Assembly (NCBI GenBank): GCA_037445735.1
Contig: JBBIJY010000028.1
Span: 1-35,069 of the forward strand
Source of the DNA: Armatimonadota bacterium
GTDB lineage: Bacteria; Armatimonadota; Fimbriimonadia; Fimbriimonadales; GBS-DC
Length of the DNA: 35,069 nucleotides
Direction: 5' to 3'
In this document: piece by piece, positions 10,244 to 20,506 of the stretch
Position numbering within the stretch: the first letter of the stretch is position 1
How the letters are laid out: each line of letters begins with the position of its first letter
Position numbers and translations under genes: made by a program
Notes under the pieces: generated by a model
Databases searched by the model: none
What the model was told of the DNA's origin: nothing
What the model saw: the letters and a program-made list of their open reading frames with translations, nothing else

Positions 10244-11134
10244 GTGATGAGCTGGCGAGTCTCTTTACATGGCGGGCACAGCGGGGAGTTCTGCGAGCAT
10301 GCAGAAGGCTCCCTGCGTTCGATTCTGGAGGCGGCGGAGCGCGCGGGCTATGCCGTCTTCGGCGTGAGCGAGCATATGCCGCGCGTCGAGCCGCGCTACC
10401 TCTACACCACCGAGCGCGAAAAGGGCTGGACGGTGCAGACGCTCGAAACGCTCTTCGAGCGCTATGCGGTCGCCATACGCGAACTCGCGCGCGAGTTTGA
10501 GGGGCGACTCGTGGTGCTGTGCGGCTTCGAGATCGAAGTGGTGCCGCCCGACCGCTGGGTGCAGCTGGTGGAGCGCTATCGCCGCGACTATGCGTTCGAT
10601 TACATCGTCGGCTCGGTACATTTCATTCGTGACGGCGGCATCGACAGCGACCCCGACGAACCCGACACACGCCGCGCGATTATCGAGTGTGGCGGCGTGG
10701 AGAACCTGGCGGTGGAGTATTACCGCGCGATGGCGGAAATGGTTCAGGCGGTGCGCCCGGAGGTGGTGGCACACTTCGATCTGGTGCGCTTGCTGGCGCA
10801 TCGGGTGGGCGAGCCGCGGGCGGCGGAGACGCCCCGCGTGCGCGACGCTGCCCTCAACGCGCTGGAAGCCGTCCAGTCCGCTGGCTCGTTGCTGGAGGTG
10901 AACACGGCGGGCATCCGCAAGGGGCTGGGCGCTCCCTATCCCGCCGACTGGATCGTGCAGACCGCCGCCGCGATGGGCATCCCGTTCTGCTTCAGCGACG
11001 ACAGCCACCGCCCGGAACAGGTCGGCTTCGGGCTGGAGGCTGCCCGCGAGCATCTGCTGCGCAACGGCGTCCGCGAAGTGCAGTTCCTCACGCGCCAGAA
11101 CGGCGCTATCGTGCGAGCGACCGCAACGCTGTGA
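10244..11134 (+). CDS. PHP-family histidinol-phosphate phosphatase (HisJ/HisK type)
   Basis: SLHGGHSGEFCEHA, VSEHMP, GFEIE, DYIVGSVH, AHFDL, EVNTAG, SDDSH. Confidence 0.88.
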   Translation: MMSWRVSLHGGHSGEFCEHAEGSLRSILEAAERAGYAVFGVSEHMPRVEPRYLYTTEREKGWTVQTLETLFERYAVAIRELAREFEGRLVVLCGFEIEVVPPDRWVQLVERYRRDYAFDYIVGSVHFIRDGGIDSDPDEPDTRRAIIECGGVENLAVEYYRAMAEMVQAVRPEVVAHFDLVRLLAHRVGEPRAAETPRVRDAALNALEAVQSAGSLLEVNTAGIRKGLGAPYPADWIVQTAAAMGIPFCFSDDSHRPEQVGFGLEAAREHLLRNGVREVQFLTRQNGAIVRATATL

Positions 11135-11870
11135 GCAGATCGGCGTACCGCTGGAAGTAGTCATACGCGCCCCGCCTACCTGCCACCGGGAGCGGCTGTT
11201 CGAGCGTGTCGGCGATAATCAGCGGCACACCGAGCTGGCGGGCGACTGCTTCCGCAAGGGGGGCTGGACCCGCGCTCAACACGCCGACTAATGGCACGCG
11301 CCGCGCTCGCTCCATCAGCTGGCGCAGGCGCAACAGGCTGGGCGGATGCTCCGCATCGGGCTGCAGACTGCCCAGCGAACGCAGCCCCAGCGAGCGGGTC
11401 AGCGGGCGATAGGCGTCGTGCAGCGCCAGATAATATTTGCCCTGCAGGCGGCTCCGCAGCTGGTCGCGCCGATGCTCCAGCTGACGAAAGAGCAGTTGCA
11501 GCTGCCGCCACGCCTGACGCACTGCGCGGGTTACCAGCCCGTCCTGCTCCGCCCAGCGCATCAGCCATGCACAGCATTCCCGCGCGTAGCCCAGATCGAG
11601 CCAGATGTGCGGGTCATCAGGCGGCGGCTGCAGATGCTCCATCAGGCGCATCACGGGCGGGCAGCGTGCGCCCAGCGCCCGCTGGAGCGTCGGCAGGTAG
11701 CTCTCGAGGCTGCCCATCGCCACGATTCGGCGTGACCGTGCCGCCGCGCGAACCATCCGCACGGTGAGCATCACCTCGTGCGCGTCCACCCCGCGCGGCT
11801 GAAGCAGCACCGCTGGTAGCGCCAGCGCCCGCAGCCAGTCCTCAATCACGATCAGCGTGGCAGCGTACAT
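11106..11870 (-). CDS. ZnuA/TroA-like metal-binding protein, divergent, no signal peptide
   Basis: GVDAHE, DPHIWLD and HDAY His motifs typical of cluster A-I solute-binding proteins. Confidence 0.65.
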   Translation of the reverse strand: MYAATLIVIEDWLRALALPAVLLQPRGVDAHEVMLTVRMVRAAARSRRIVAMGSLESYLPTLQRALGARCPPVMRLMEHLQPPPDDPHIWLDLGYARECCAWLMRWAEQDGLVTRAVRQAWRQLQLLFRQLEHRRDQLRSRLQGKYYLALHDAYRPLTRSLGLRSLGSLQPDAEHPPSLLRLRQLMERARRVPLVGVLSAGPAPLAEAVARQLGVPLIIADTLEQPLPVAGRRGAYDYFQRYADLLTALRSLAR

Positions 11871-11872
11871 CG

Positions 11873-14155
11873 CTACTCCCCACCCTGCAACTGCGCATAT
11901 TCGGCGCGGAGCGGCTCCGCCTGTTTCGATTCGCCCTGCTCAACCAGCAGGCGAATCAGCCCCTCCAGCGTGCGCAGGTGCGCCAGCCGAATCTGCTGCT
12001 CACGCTCCGGGTTATACAGTCCCAGCTCGCGTCCCATGCGGTTGAAGGGCAGGGTCAGCTCGCGATAGGCGCGGAACACCCTGAGCGCGGCTTCATACTC
12101 GGCGCGGGCGCGTGCGGGCGCGCCCTGCGCCTCGTAATGCTGCGCCAGCGCGAGATGCGCGAAGCCGTATGCCGTCTCCACCATCTCGGGCACGGCACGC
12201 ACGCGCCCATAGGGGCTGCGCTCCAGCGCCACGATGCGCTGATAGTATTCCAGCGCTCCGGGCGATAGAATCGGCTGGCTGGGGTCGGGCGTCTCGTACT
12301 GCGCCAGCTTGAGCAGTGCAGGCAGATTGTTCGGGTCGATCTGCAGCACCTGTTCGAAAGCGTTGCGGGCGCGGGCGCGATTGCCCTCACGCTCATAGTA
12401 TAATCCCAGTTTGTACCAGAATCGGGGCGCAGGCTTGAGCTGGACGGCGCGCTCCATCAGCGTGAACGCGGTCTCGCGTCGCCCCAGCGCGTAGTAGAGT
12501 TCGCCCGCATCCATCAGGTAGTCAGGGTTGTTCGAATCGAGCGAGCGGGCGACGCTCAGCAGCTCGGCAGCCTGCGGCGCGTGCCCGATGAGCGCGTGGT
12601 AGCGTGCCTGGTTCGCATACAGTTCGCCCAGCCCCATGCTGGCGAGGCTCATGCCGAGCGCGGCGCTCAGCACCAGGGTGGCGCCCCGCCGCTCAATCAC
12701 GCCTAACGGCACGGTGTACACGCCATCGATGGCGAACGCCAGACCCAGCGCGAGCAGCCCCATCAGCGTCAGCAGATTCGCAAAGCAGGCGATGTCCGAA
12801 TCGACACCGTTGTGTAAAGCGCCCGCGATCACGCCCGCCACCACGCCCAGCCGAATCGGGCGCCAGTCCGTTATTGATGCCCGCTGGAACCCGCCTCTGG
12901 AGTGCGGCAGCCCCGATTCAGCTGGCAGTTCAGGTTGGAGCGCGCGGGTCAGCCAGCCAATCCCCATCGCGACCAGCAACAGCAACGCGGGCAGCCCCGC
13001 CTCCGCCATCAAATCGAGATAGCTGTTGTGCGCCAGTCGGGTGAAGCCGACGCTGGCGTAGCGCGGATAGCGCCACTCGAACGCGCCCGGTCCAACGCCC
13101 AGAATCGGGTTCGCCAGCGCCATCCGCAGCGTGCCCTTCCATGTTTCGAGGCGGAACGAACCTGAATGCACATCCTGCGCCGCCGCCTGCGGGGTCAATC
13201 GCTGCACCGCTGGCTGGCTGAACCACAGCACGCCTGCCAGCAGCAGCACCACCAGCCCCAGTCGCAGCAGGAAGTCGCGGGTGAGCAGTCGCCAGGCGAG
13301 CGCCAGCCCCAGAAACGCGCCTGCCCCGCCTGCAAACGCCAGCACGCCCAGCCGCGAGCCTGTCAGCGCCAGCGCACTGAGTTGCAGCCAGAGCGCAACG
13401 GTCAACAGCGCGAGCCAGAGGAGGTGAACCCGCACCCCAGAGGAGTGAGAGGACGACTGGCTCCCCCTCTGGGGGAGCGGGTATGGGTGAGGGGGCTGCC
13501 CCCCACGACCCACGCACAGCAGCACGCCCAGCGTAACGGGCGCGAGCATCACCAGATAGCCCGCCAGCAGGTTCGGATTGAAAAAGCTGGCGAACACGCG
13601 CCAGTTCGCGACCCCAGCCCAGCGATTGAGCAGATATTCGCTACAGGCACGCAGGCTGATCAGCGCCGCCGTTGCAATCAGCGCGATCAGGATTGTCCAC
13701 GCGCTCGCGCCCCGCCGCACGACGGCGACAATCGTGAGCATCAGCATCAGCGCCGTACCCCACTCGGTAAGGCGTCGCAGCCCGTACCAGCCCGTGCCGT
13801 TGACGATGCTGGCGAGCGCGAGCCAGAGTATCAGCCCCAGCAGCGGCAGCAGCACGCGCCCCACCGGCAGGCGCCACATCGCCACATTCCAGCCGCACGC
13901 CAGCAGCCCCATCAGCACCGCGACACCCACCAGAAACGCGCCCATCAGCGGGAAATCACCGCTCCACAGCAGCCCATTAACCACCTGCTCCGGCGCGACA
14001 GCACGCGGACCGATATAGAGACCGCCAGTTAGCCACGGCGCCAGCGCCAGCGCACAGGCTTGCGAGCCGACCGTCAGCGCCAGCCAGCGCGGAAGCTGGA
14101 GCGGGAGCCTAATCCGACCGTTGCGGATGCGCTTGCCCGATTCGTTCACTCGCAT
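11873..14155 (-). CDS. O-antigen ligase / oligosaccharyltransferase-like membrane protein with C-terminal TPRs
   Basis: Multiple TM segments; RVFASFFNPNLLAGYL, LTGSRLG, RLETW...PILGVGPGAF, AHNSYL; TPR-like helices at the C-terminus. Exact start uncertain. Confidence 0.85.
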   Translation of the reverse strand: MRVNESGKRIRNGRIRLPLQLPRWLALTVGSQACALALAPWLTGGLYIGPRAVAPEQVVNGLLWSGDFPLMGAFLVGVAVLMGLLACGWNVAMWRLPVGRVLLPLLGLILWLALASIVNGTGWYGLRRLTEWGTALMLMLTIVAVVRRGASAWTILIALIATAALISLRACSEYLLNRWAGVANWRVFASFFNPNLLAGYLVMLAPVTLGVLLCVGRGGQPPHPYPLPQRGSQSSSHSSGVRVHLLWLALLTVALWLQLSALALTGSRLGVLAFAGGAGAFLGLALAWRLLTRDFLLRLGLVVLLLAGVLWFSQPAVQRLTPQAAAQDVHSGSFRLETWKGTLRMALANPILGVGPGAFEWRYPRYASVGFTRLAHNSYLDLMAEAGLPALLLLVAMGIGWLTRALQPELPAESGLPHSRGGFQRASITDWRPIRLGVVAGVIAGALHNGVDSDIACFANLLTLMGLLALGLAFAIDGVYTVPLGVIERRGATLVLSAALGMSLASMGLGELYANQARYHALIGHAPQAAELLSVARSLDSNNPDYLMDAGELYYALGRRETAFTLMERAVQLKPAPRFWYKLGLYYEREGNRARARNAFEQVLQIDPNNLPALLKLAQYETPDPSQPILSPGALEYYQRIVALERSPYGRVRAVPEMVETAYGFAHLALAQHYEAQGAPARARAEYEAALRVFRAYRELTLPFNRMGRELGLYNPEREQQIRLAHLRTLEGLIRLLVEQGESKQAEPLRAEYAQLQGGE
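13461..13497 (-). repeat. BoxC-like repeat embedded in frame in the ligase CDS
   Basis: Minus strand AGCCCCCTCACCCATACCCGCTCCCCCAGAGGGGGAG versus intergenic AGCCCCCTCACCCGTACCCTCTCCCCCACTGGGGGAG; encodes PPHPYPLPQRG. Confidence 0.8.
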
Positions 14156-14612
14156 AGCAAAAGACCGCCTTCAGCAGCGGCGACCACTGATAGTAGAGGG
14201 CGGGCATCTCAGCAAGCGTCGCCCAGCGGATACCATCCGATTCCGAGCCATCGGGCAACGGTTCGATGCGCGCTGCCCGCGTCAGGAATACAGGCGCGAC
14301 GCACTCGTCAGGCTCGCCCGGCGAGCATGGCTGGAGCCGATAGTAGCCGAGCAGTTCGAGCGTGCCCACAATCGCGCCTGTTTCTTCAAACGCTTCACGT
14401 CGCGCGGCATCTTCGGGCGATTCGCCCGGTTCCACATGCCCGCTCGGAGCGCAGTAGCCGCGCCCCGCAATGTTCGCCAGCAGGAACCGCCCGCGCCCGT
14501 CGGCAATCAGCACCACCACATAGCGTGCGGGCGCCGCTGGCAGCCTGTCAGACGGCACAAACTGCATCCGGCGCCCTGCCCACTCCGCCTGCAACCGATT
14601 CCACTCGCTCAC
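14109..14612 (-). CDS. NUDIX hydrolase
   Basis: Nudix box GHVEPGESPEDAARREAFEETG. GTG 14612 has SD GGAGG and overlaps the lepB stop (GTGA). Confidence 0.9.
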   Translation of the reverse strand: MSEWNRLQAEWAGRRMQFVPSDRLPAAPARYVVVLIADGRGRFLLANIAGRGYCAPSGHVEPGESPEDAARREAFEETGAIVGTLELLGYYRLQPCSPGEPDECVAPVFLTRAARIEPLPDGSESDGIRWATLAEMPALYYQWSPLLKAVFCYASERIGQAHPQRSD

Positions 14613-15151
14613 GGCACCTCCCGATACCCGCCCACCACCTTGCCCTGCACCCATGCCAGCGGGAATGGACCCCGCTGACGGCTATCGTCCGACTGCTCCA
14701 GATTATCGCCCACCACATAGATATAGCCCTTTGGCACGCGCGTGCCGTTCATCAGCGCCCAGAGACCCCAGTACTGGCGGGGCACCTCCTCACCCTCCAG
14801 CGCCACGACGCGCTTGATCAGCAGCGCGCCACCTGGCACCCGAATAACCACCACATCGCCCCTGCGAACGGGTCCAAAAAGCCAGTAGTTGGTGGTCATC
14901 AGCACGCGCTGCCCGTCGTGATAGGTCGGCTCCATCGAGTGCCCCTGCACCACCACCACGCGGAAGTTGATGGCAAACAGCAGCGCGGCGACACCGAACA
15001 CCGCCAGCATGCTGAAGGCACGCATGATGCGTCGCCTGTACGCCCCGTGCACATCCATCGGTACCGCCGAAGAGCCGACGCCCGCCGTCGCAGGCTGGAG
15101 CTGGCTCTCCGCGCTGGCGTTGTCCGGTGTGCCGTCCAGATCGTAGCGCAT
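14609..15151 (-). CDS. lepB: Signal peptidase I (S26)
   Basis: One TM segment, GHSMEPT (Ser), IKRV (Lys), GDN..SDDSR..GP. Confidence 0.9.
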   Translation of the reverse strand: MRYDLDGTPDNASAESQLQPATAGVGSSAVPMDVHGAYRRRIMRAFSMLAVFGVAALLFAINFRVVVVQGHSMEPTYHDGQRVLMTTNYWLFGPVRRGDVVVIRVPGGALLIKRVVALEGEEVPRQYWGLWALMNGTRVPKGYIYVVGDNLEQSDDSRQRGPFPLAWVQGKVVGGYREVP

Positions 15152-15164
15152 AGGCGACCCTCTC

Positions 15165-16034
15165 TCAATCGGGCATGTAGCGTTCGGCGCCTGCGGGCGG
15201 CTGCCACTTCTCGCGCGGATGATAGAACCGCCACACCTCGCGGGCTATCGCGCGGATCGCCACCTCGCCCTCGTTATCCGGCGTCCAGCGCGTGTCTTCT
15301 GCCTCCCTGGTATACACCGCCAGAATATACACGCCCGACGGGCTGAACACGATCCCCGTGTCCGAACGCGATTGATTGATCGCGCCCGATTTGGTGGCTG
15401 CCACCACCCACGGGGGCACACTGCTCCCGATGAGATCGTCGTAATACTGGTGGGCGAGGATTCGCAGCATGCGTTCACATGCGGCGGGTGTGCCCGCGCG
15501 TCCCGTGCGAATCGCGTCGAGCAGCTCCACCATCTCGTTGGGCGTACACATGCCCATGCCCCAGCGGTCGCGCAACGCTTTCAGTTCCTCGTCATCGGGC
15601 GGGTGCAGCATCAGCAGGCGCGTGTGCTTCAGCCCCAGCCGCTGCAGGTAGCGGTTCACCTCCACCGTGCCCAGCCGCCGCGCGAGCATCGCCGTCGCCG
15701 TGTTGTCGCTCACCGTAATCATCAGATGGATCAGCATCTTGACGGGCACTGACTGCTTCTCGCGATAGAACTGGAGCAGTCCCGCCCCGTCGCGCACATC
15801 GTCAGGCTGAATCGGGATCGCCTCATTATAGTTCAGCCGTCCCGCGTCGATCTCCTCGAACGCTTTCGCCATGATTGCCGTCTTGATGGTGCTGGCGGTG
15901 GGGAAAATCTCGTCGCCCAGCCGATGGATGCGGTGCTGATGGCGCGTGTGATAGAGGCTGTAGCCCATCACGCCGCGAAACCGCTCACAGATTGCGTCCA
16001 GCTTCGCCTTCAGTCGTGTCGGGTTGAGTGCCAT
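15165..16034 (-). CDS. Serine hydrolase, class A beta-lactamase-like fold
   Basis: FPTASTIK (SxxK), SDN, KSG; start trimmed to ATG 16034; no signal peptide. Confidence 0.85.
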   Translation of the reverse strand: MALNPTRLKAKLDAICERFRGVMGYSLYHTRHQHRIHRLGDEIFPTASTIKTAIMAKAFEEIDAGRLNYNEAIPIQPDDVRDGAGLLQFYREKQSVPVKMLIHLMITVSDNTATAMLARRLGTVEVNRYLQRLGLKHTRLLMLHPPDDEELKALRDRWGMGMCTPNEMVELLDAIRTGRAGTPAACERMLRILAHQYYDDLIGSSVPPWVVAATKSGAINQSRSDTGIVFSPSGVYILAVYTREAEDTRWTPDNEGEVAIRAIAREVWRFYHPREKWQPPAGAERYMPD

Positions 16035-16371
16035 CGTCAGGGAGATTGTACCCTGCCTGCCGATGGCACAGCAGAAAGTGGTCATGCCCGACATAGTAGT
16101 GAACGGAGTAGTCGGCGGGCTTGCACCAGACGATGCCTTTGGGCAGCCGTGCAAAGAACGGCTCCACCACGCGATGCGCCTCTTCCAGCGTGATGGGTTG
16201 ACCGTCCCGACGCGCGACCGCGCAGTGCAGCAGGTCATCCTCGCCTTCGAACTGCACGCGATAGTCGCCGATCAGCCCGCCGAACCGCTGCGCCTGATCG
16301 AGCGCGATGGGTTCCGATCGCTCAAGCGCGTCCAGCACCGCCTCCAGAATGCGCCGGGCTTCCGCCTGCAT
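15985..16371 (-). CDS. Hypothetical protein (128 aa)
   Basis: SD GAGG before ATG; globular-looking composition; fills the gap between co-oriented genes; 3' end overlaps the next start by 50 bp. Confidence 0.7.
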   Translation of the reverse strand: MQAEARRILEAVLDALERSEPIALDQAQRFGGLIGDYRVQFEGEDDLLHCAVARRDGQPITLEEAHRVVEPFFARLPKGIVWCKPADYSVHYYVGHDHFLLCHRQAGYNLPDDGTQPDTTEGEAGRNL

Positions 16372-16387
16372 GGTTTGCCTCAGTCCA

Positions 16388-18598
<2,211 letters not shown>

Positions 18599-18628
18599 GG
18601 CGTTATTATAGCCCACAGCGGCTGGTCA

Positions 18629-20038
18629 TCAGCACAGCTGGTACTCCGGGCTGGCAAAGATGATTTGCAGTGCACCGTTGATGATACTGGCGTCGTGCGA
18701 TGCGAGCGCGTCCAGCCCACCTCTGGACTGGAGATATTCGATCAGCTTGCGACGGGTCTCCTTCTGCAGGCGCACATCGAGCGTCTGTTCCAGTCGGTCG
18801 ACGAAGGTCTCCAGGCTGTCGGGCGCGGCTTCGCCGGCGAGGGTGGCGAGCGTGGTGAGCGCGGGGCGTGGGTTGCGTCCACGCCCGCCTGCACCGATCG
18901 CGGGTCCTGTCAACACCTGTGCGAAGCGCATGCGCTCCAGCATCGTACTGGAGCTGATCCATGCGGTGCCCCAGTCCCAGCCGGCGACGGAGGGCGGATA
19001 GAGCGGCGATTGTCCCATGCGGCGCATCCACTGCCCTGTCAGGCGCAGGAACGCCAGCAGCACGCGCTGTCCCGCCGCCGCGCTCAGGTTCACCTCGCGC
19101 AGTCGCTCGCCGACGCCCACCGCCCGCAAAGTGCCAATCACGAACTCTATCGGGCTTTTGATGCGCCGGCGGATCGCCCGCTCGCTCCAGAACGGCGCAG
19201 ACAACAGCAGCTGGCGCAGCAACGCCTTAATCTCATAGCCCGATTCGGTGAATACCCGTGCCAGCATCGCGACCACCTTCTCGTCGGGCGGGTCGATGTC
19301 GTTGATGAAGTGGCGGTAGAACTTGCGGGCGATGAAGGTGGCGGTGGCGGGATGCTGAACCGCGATTCGCACGATGTCGTCGCCGTTGAAGTTGCCGCGT
19401 TTGCCCAGAAACACCTTTTCGCCCTCATCGTGCTGGACGCGATTGAACACGAACGCGCCCGTTACGCGGCTGAAGGTCCAGCCCGTGAAGGCGCGCGCTG
19501 CCTCCTTGATGTCCTGCTCGGTGTAGTTGCCGATGCCCATCGTGAACAGCTCCAGCAGCTCGCGGGCGAAGTTCTCGTTCGGCTTGCCCTTCACATTCCG
19601 GAAGCCGTCCAGCCACACCAGCATCGCGGGGTCGCGCGCCACCTCCAGCACCAGCGTCTGGAAGTTGCCCACGCCCAGCCGCTGGAAGAGCTGAATCTGC
19701 ATCAGCATCAGTCGTCCGTCGTTCACTTTGGAGGCGGAGGTGGCGAAATGGTTGTGCCAGAAGAGCGCCATGCGCTCCTGCAGCGGGCGGCGCGTCACCA
19801 GCATGCGGTAGACCCACCAGCCGACGACCATCGGCGGCTGCAGGCGCGGGTTATCGCCCTGCAGCAGGCTCACAATCGCGCCGTCGTCAATCTCTTCTGG
19901 CTCCTGATCGTAGCGCAGTAATGCGTCGATGGTGCCCTCGACGCCCAGCGGCAGGTAGCGCTCCAGTTCCGTCTGGCTTGCGCCCAGCCCTGCCCGCCGC
20001 AACAGATGCGCTAGTCGCTCCCGCAGCGTGCTCTGCAT
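18629..20038 (-). CDS. DUF1800 family protein
   Basis: HLLRRAG, LQERMALFWHNHF, DPAMLVWLD, PNENFARELLELFTMG, PPSVAGW, SPEYQL; SD AAGGAGGA before ATG 20038. Confidence 0.9.
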   Translation of the reverse strand: MQSTLRERLAHLLRRAGLGASQTELERYLPLGVEGTIDALLRYDQEPEEIDDGAIVSLLQGDNPRLQPPMVVGWWVYRMLVTRRPLQERMALFWHNHFATSASKVNDGRLMLMQIQLFQRLGVGNFQTLVLEVARDPAMLVWLDGFRNVKGKPNENFARELLELFTMGIGNYTEQDIKEAARAFTGWTFSRVTGAFVFNRVQHDEGEKVFLGKRGNFNGDDIVRIAVQHPATATFIARKFYRHFINDIDPPDEKVVAMLARVFTESGYEIKALLRQLLLSAPFWSERAIRRRIKSPIEFVIGTLRAVGVGERLREVNLSAAAGQRVLLAFLRLTGQWMRRMGQSPLYPPSVAGWDWGTAWISSSTMLERMRFAQVLTGPAIGAGGRGRNPRPALTTLATLAGEAAPDSLETFVDRLEQTLDVRLQKETRRKLIEYLQSRGGLDALASHDASIINGALQIIFASPEYQLC

Positions 20039-20245
20039 AGCGTCCTCCTTGCTATTAGACGCCTCAAAAGAGAGAGGGTTCAATTTTGCGTGCGTGGACT
20101 GGGTTCATGGTATTTTGTATGCCTCCTGGAGTGCGGTTTGGTAGAGCGATTCTACAGGAGGTGCGCCCCTTTTTGCAGGTAGAGGTAGAGGCTGTGGAGG
20201 AGTGGGGGGTGGTATCGATGTGCTGGCGCATTTAGACCCACCCCT

Positions 20246-20413
20246 GAGGGTGTTCGAAAAATCCAACCAGAGGAAAGGCTGCCCCTTACCCCGACCCTCT
20301 CCCCAGCGGGGGGAGGGAGTCATTAGCCCCTCTCCCCCGCAGGCGGGGGAGAGGGTACGGGTGAGGGGGCTTCACTCAGGTCGATACTATGCCCCGAATT
20401 TTCGAACACCCTC
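20246..20413. mobile_element. MITE-like element, copy 2 (168 bp)
   Basis: Perfect 15-bp TIR GAGGGTGTTCGAAAA / TTTTCGAACACCCTC; flanks CCCACCCCT and CCCACTCCT (8/9 direct repeat); internal inverted BoxC-like pair. Confidence 0.75.
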
Positions 20414-20421
20414 CCCACTCC

Positions 20422-20451
20422 TTGACAAACGCCTCATGGATGGGGTATAAT
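20422..20451 (+). promoter_or_regulatory. Sigma70 promoter of the oxidase gene
   Basis: TTGACA (20422-20427), 18 nt, TATAAT (20446-20451). Confidence 0.8.
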
Positions 20452-20506
20452 AGCACCAGCTGCCAAAATGCCAGCAGGCAGCACAAGCAGAGAGGAGGTC
20501 GCAACA

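Noticed and set aside
15165-16034. Bona fide beta-lactam resistance gene
   Set aside because: It has SxxK/SDN/KSG but no signal peptide and no recognisable omega-loop ExxLN motif; only the fold can be claimed.
20389-20506. ORF-track start of the oxidase at 20389
   Set aside because: It lies inside the MITE, upstream of the promoter, without an SD; the extension is translated repeat and promoter sequence.
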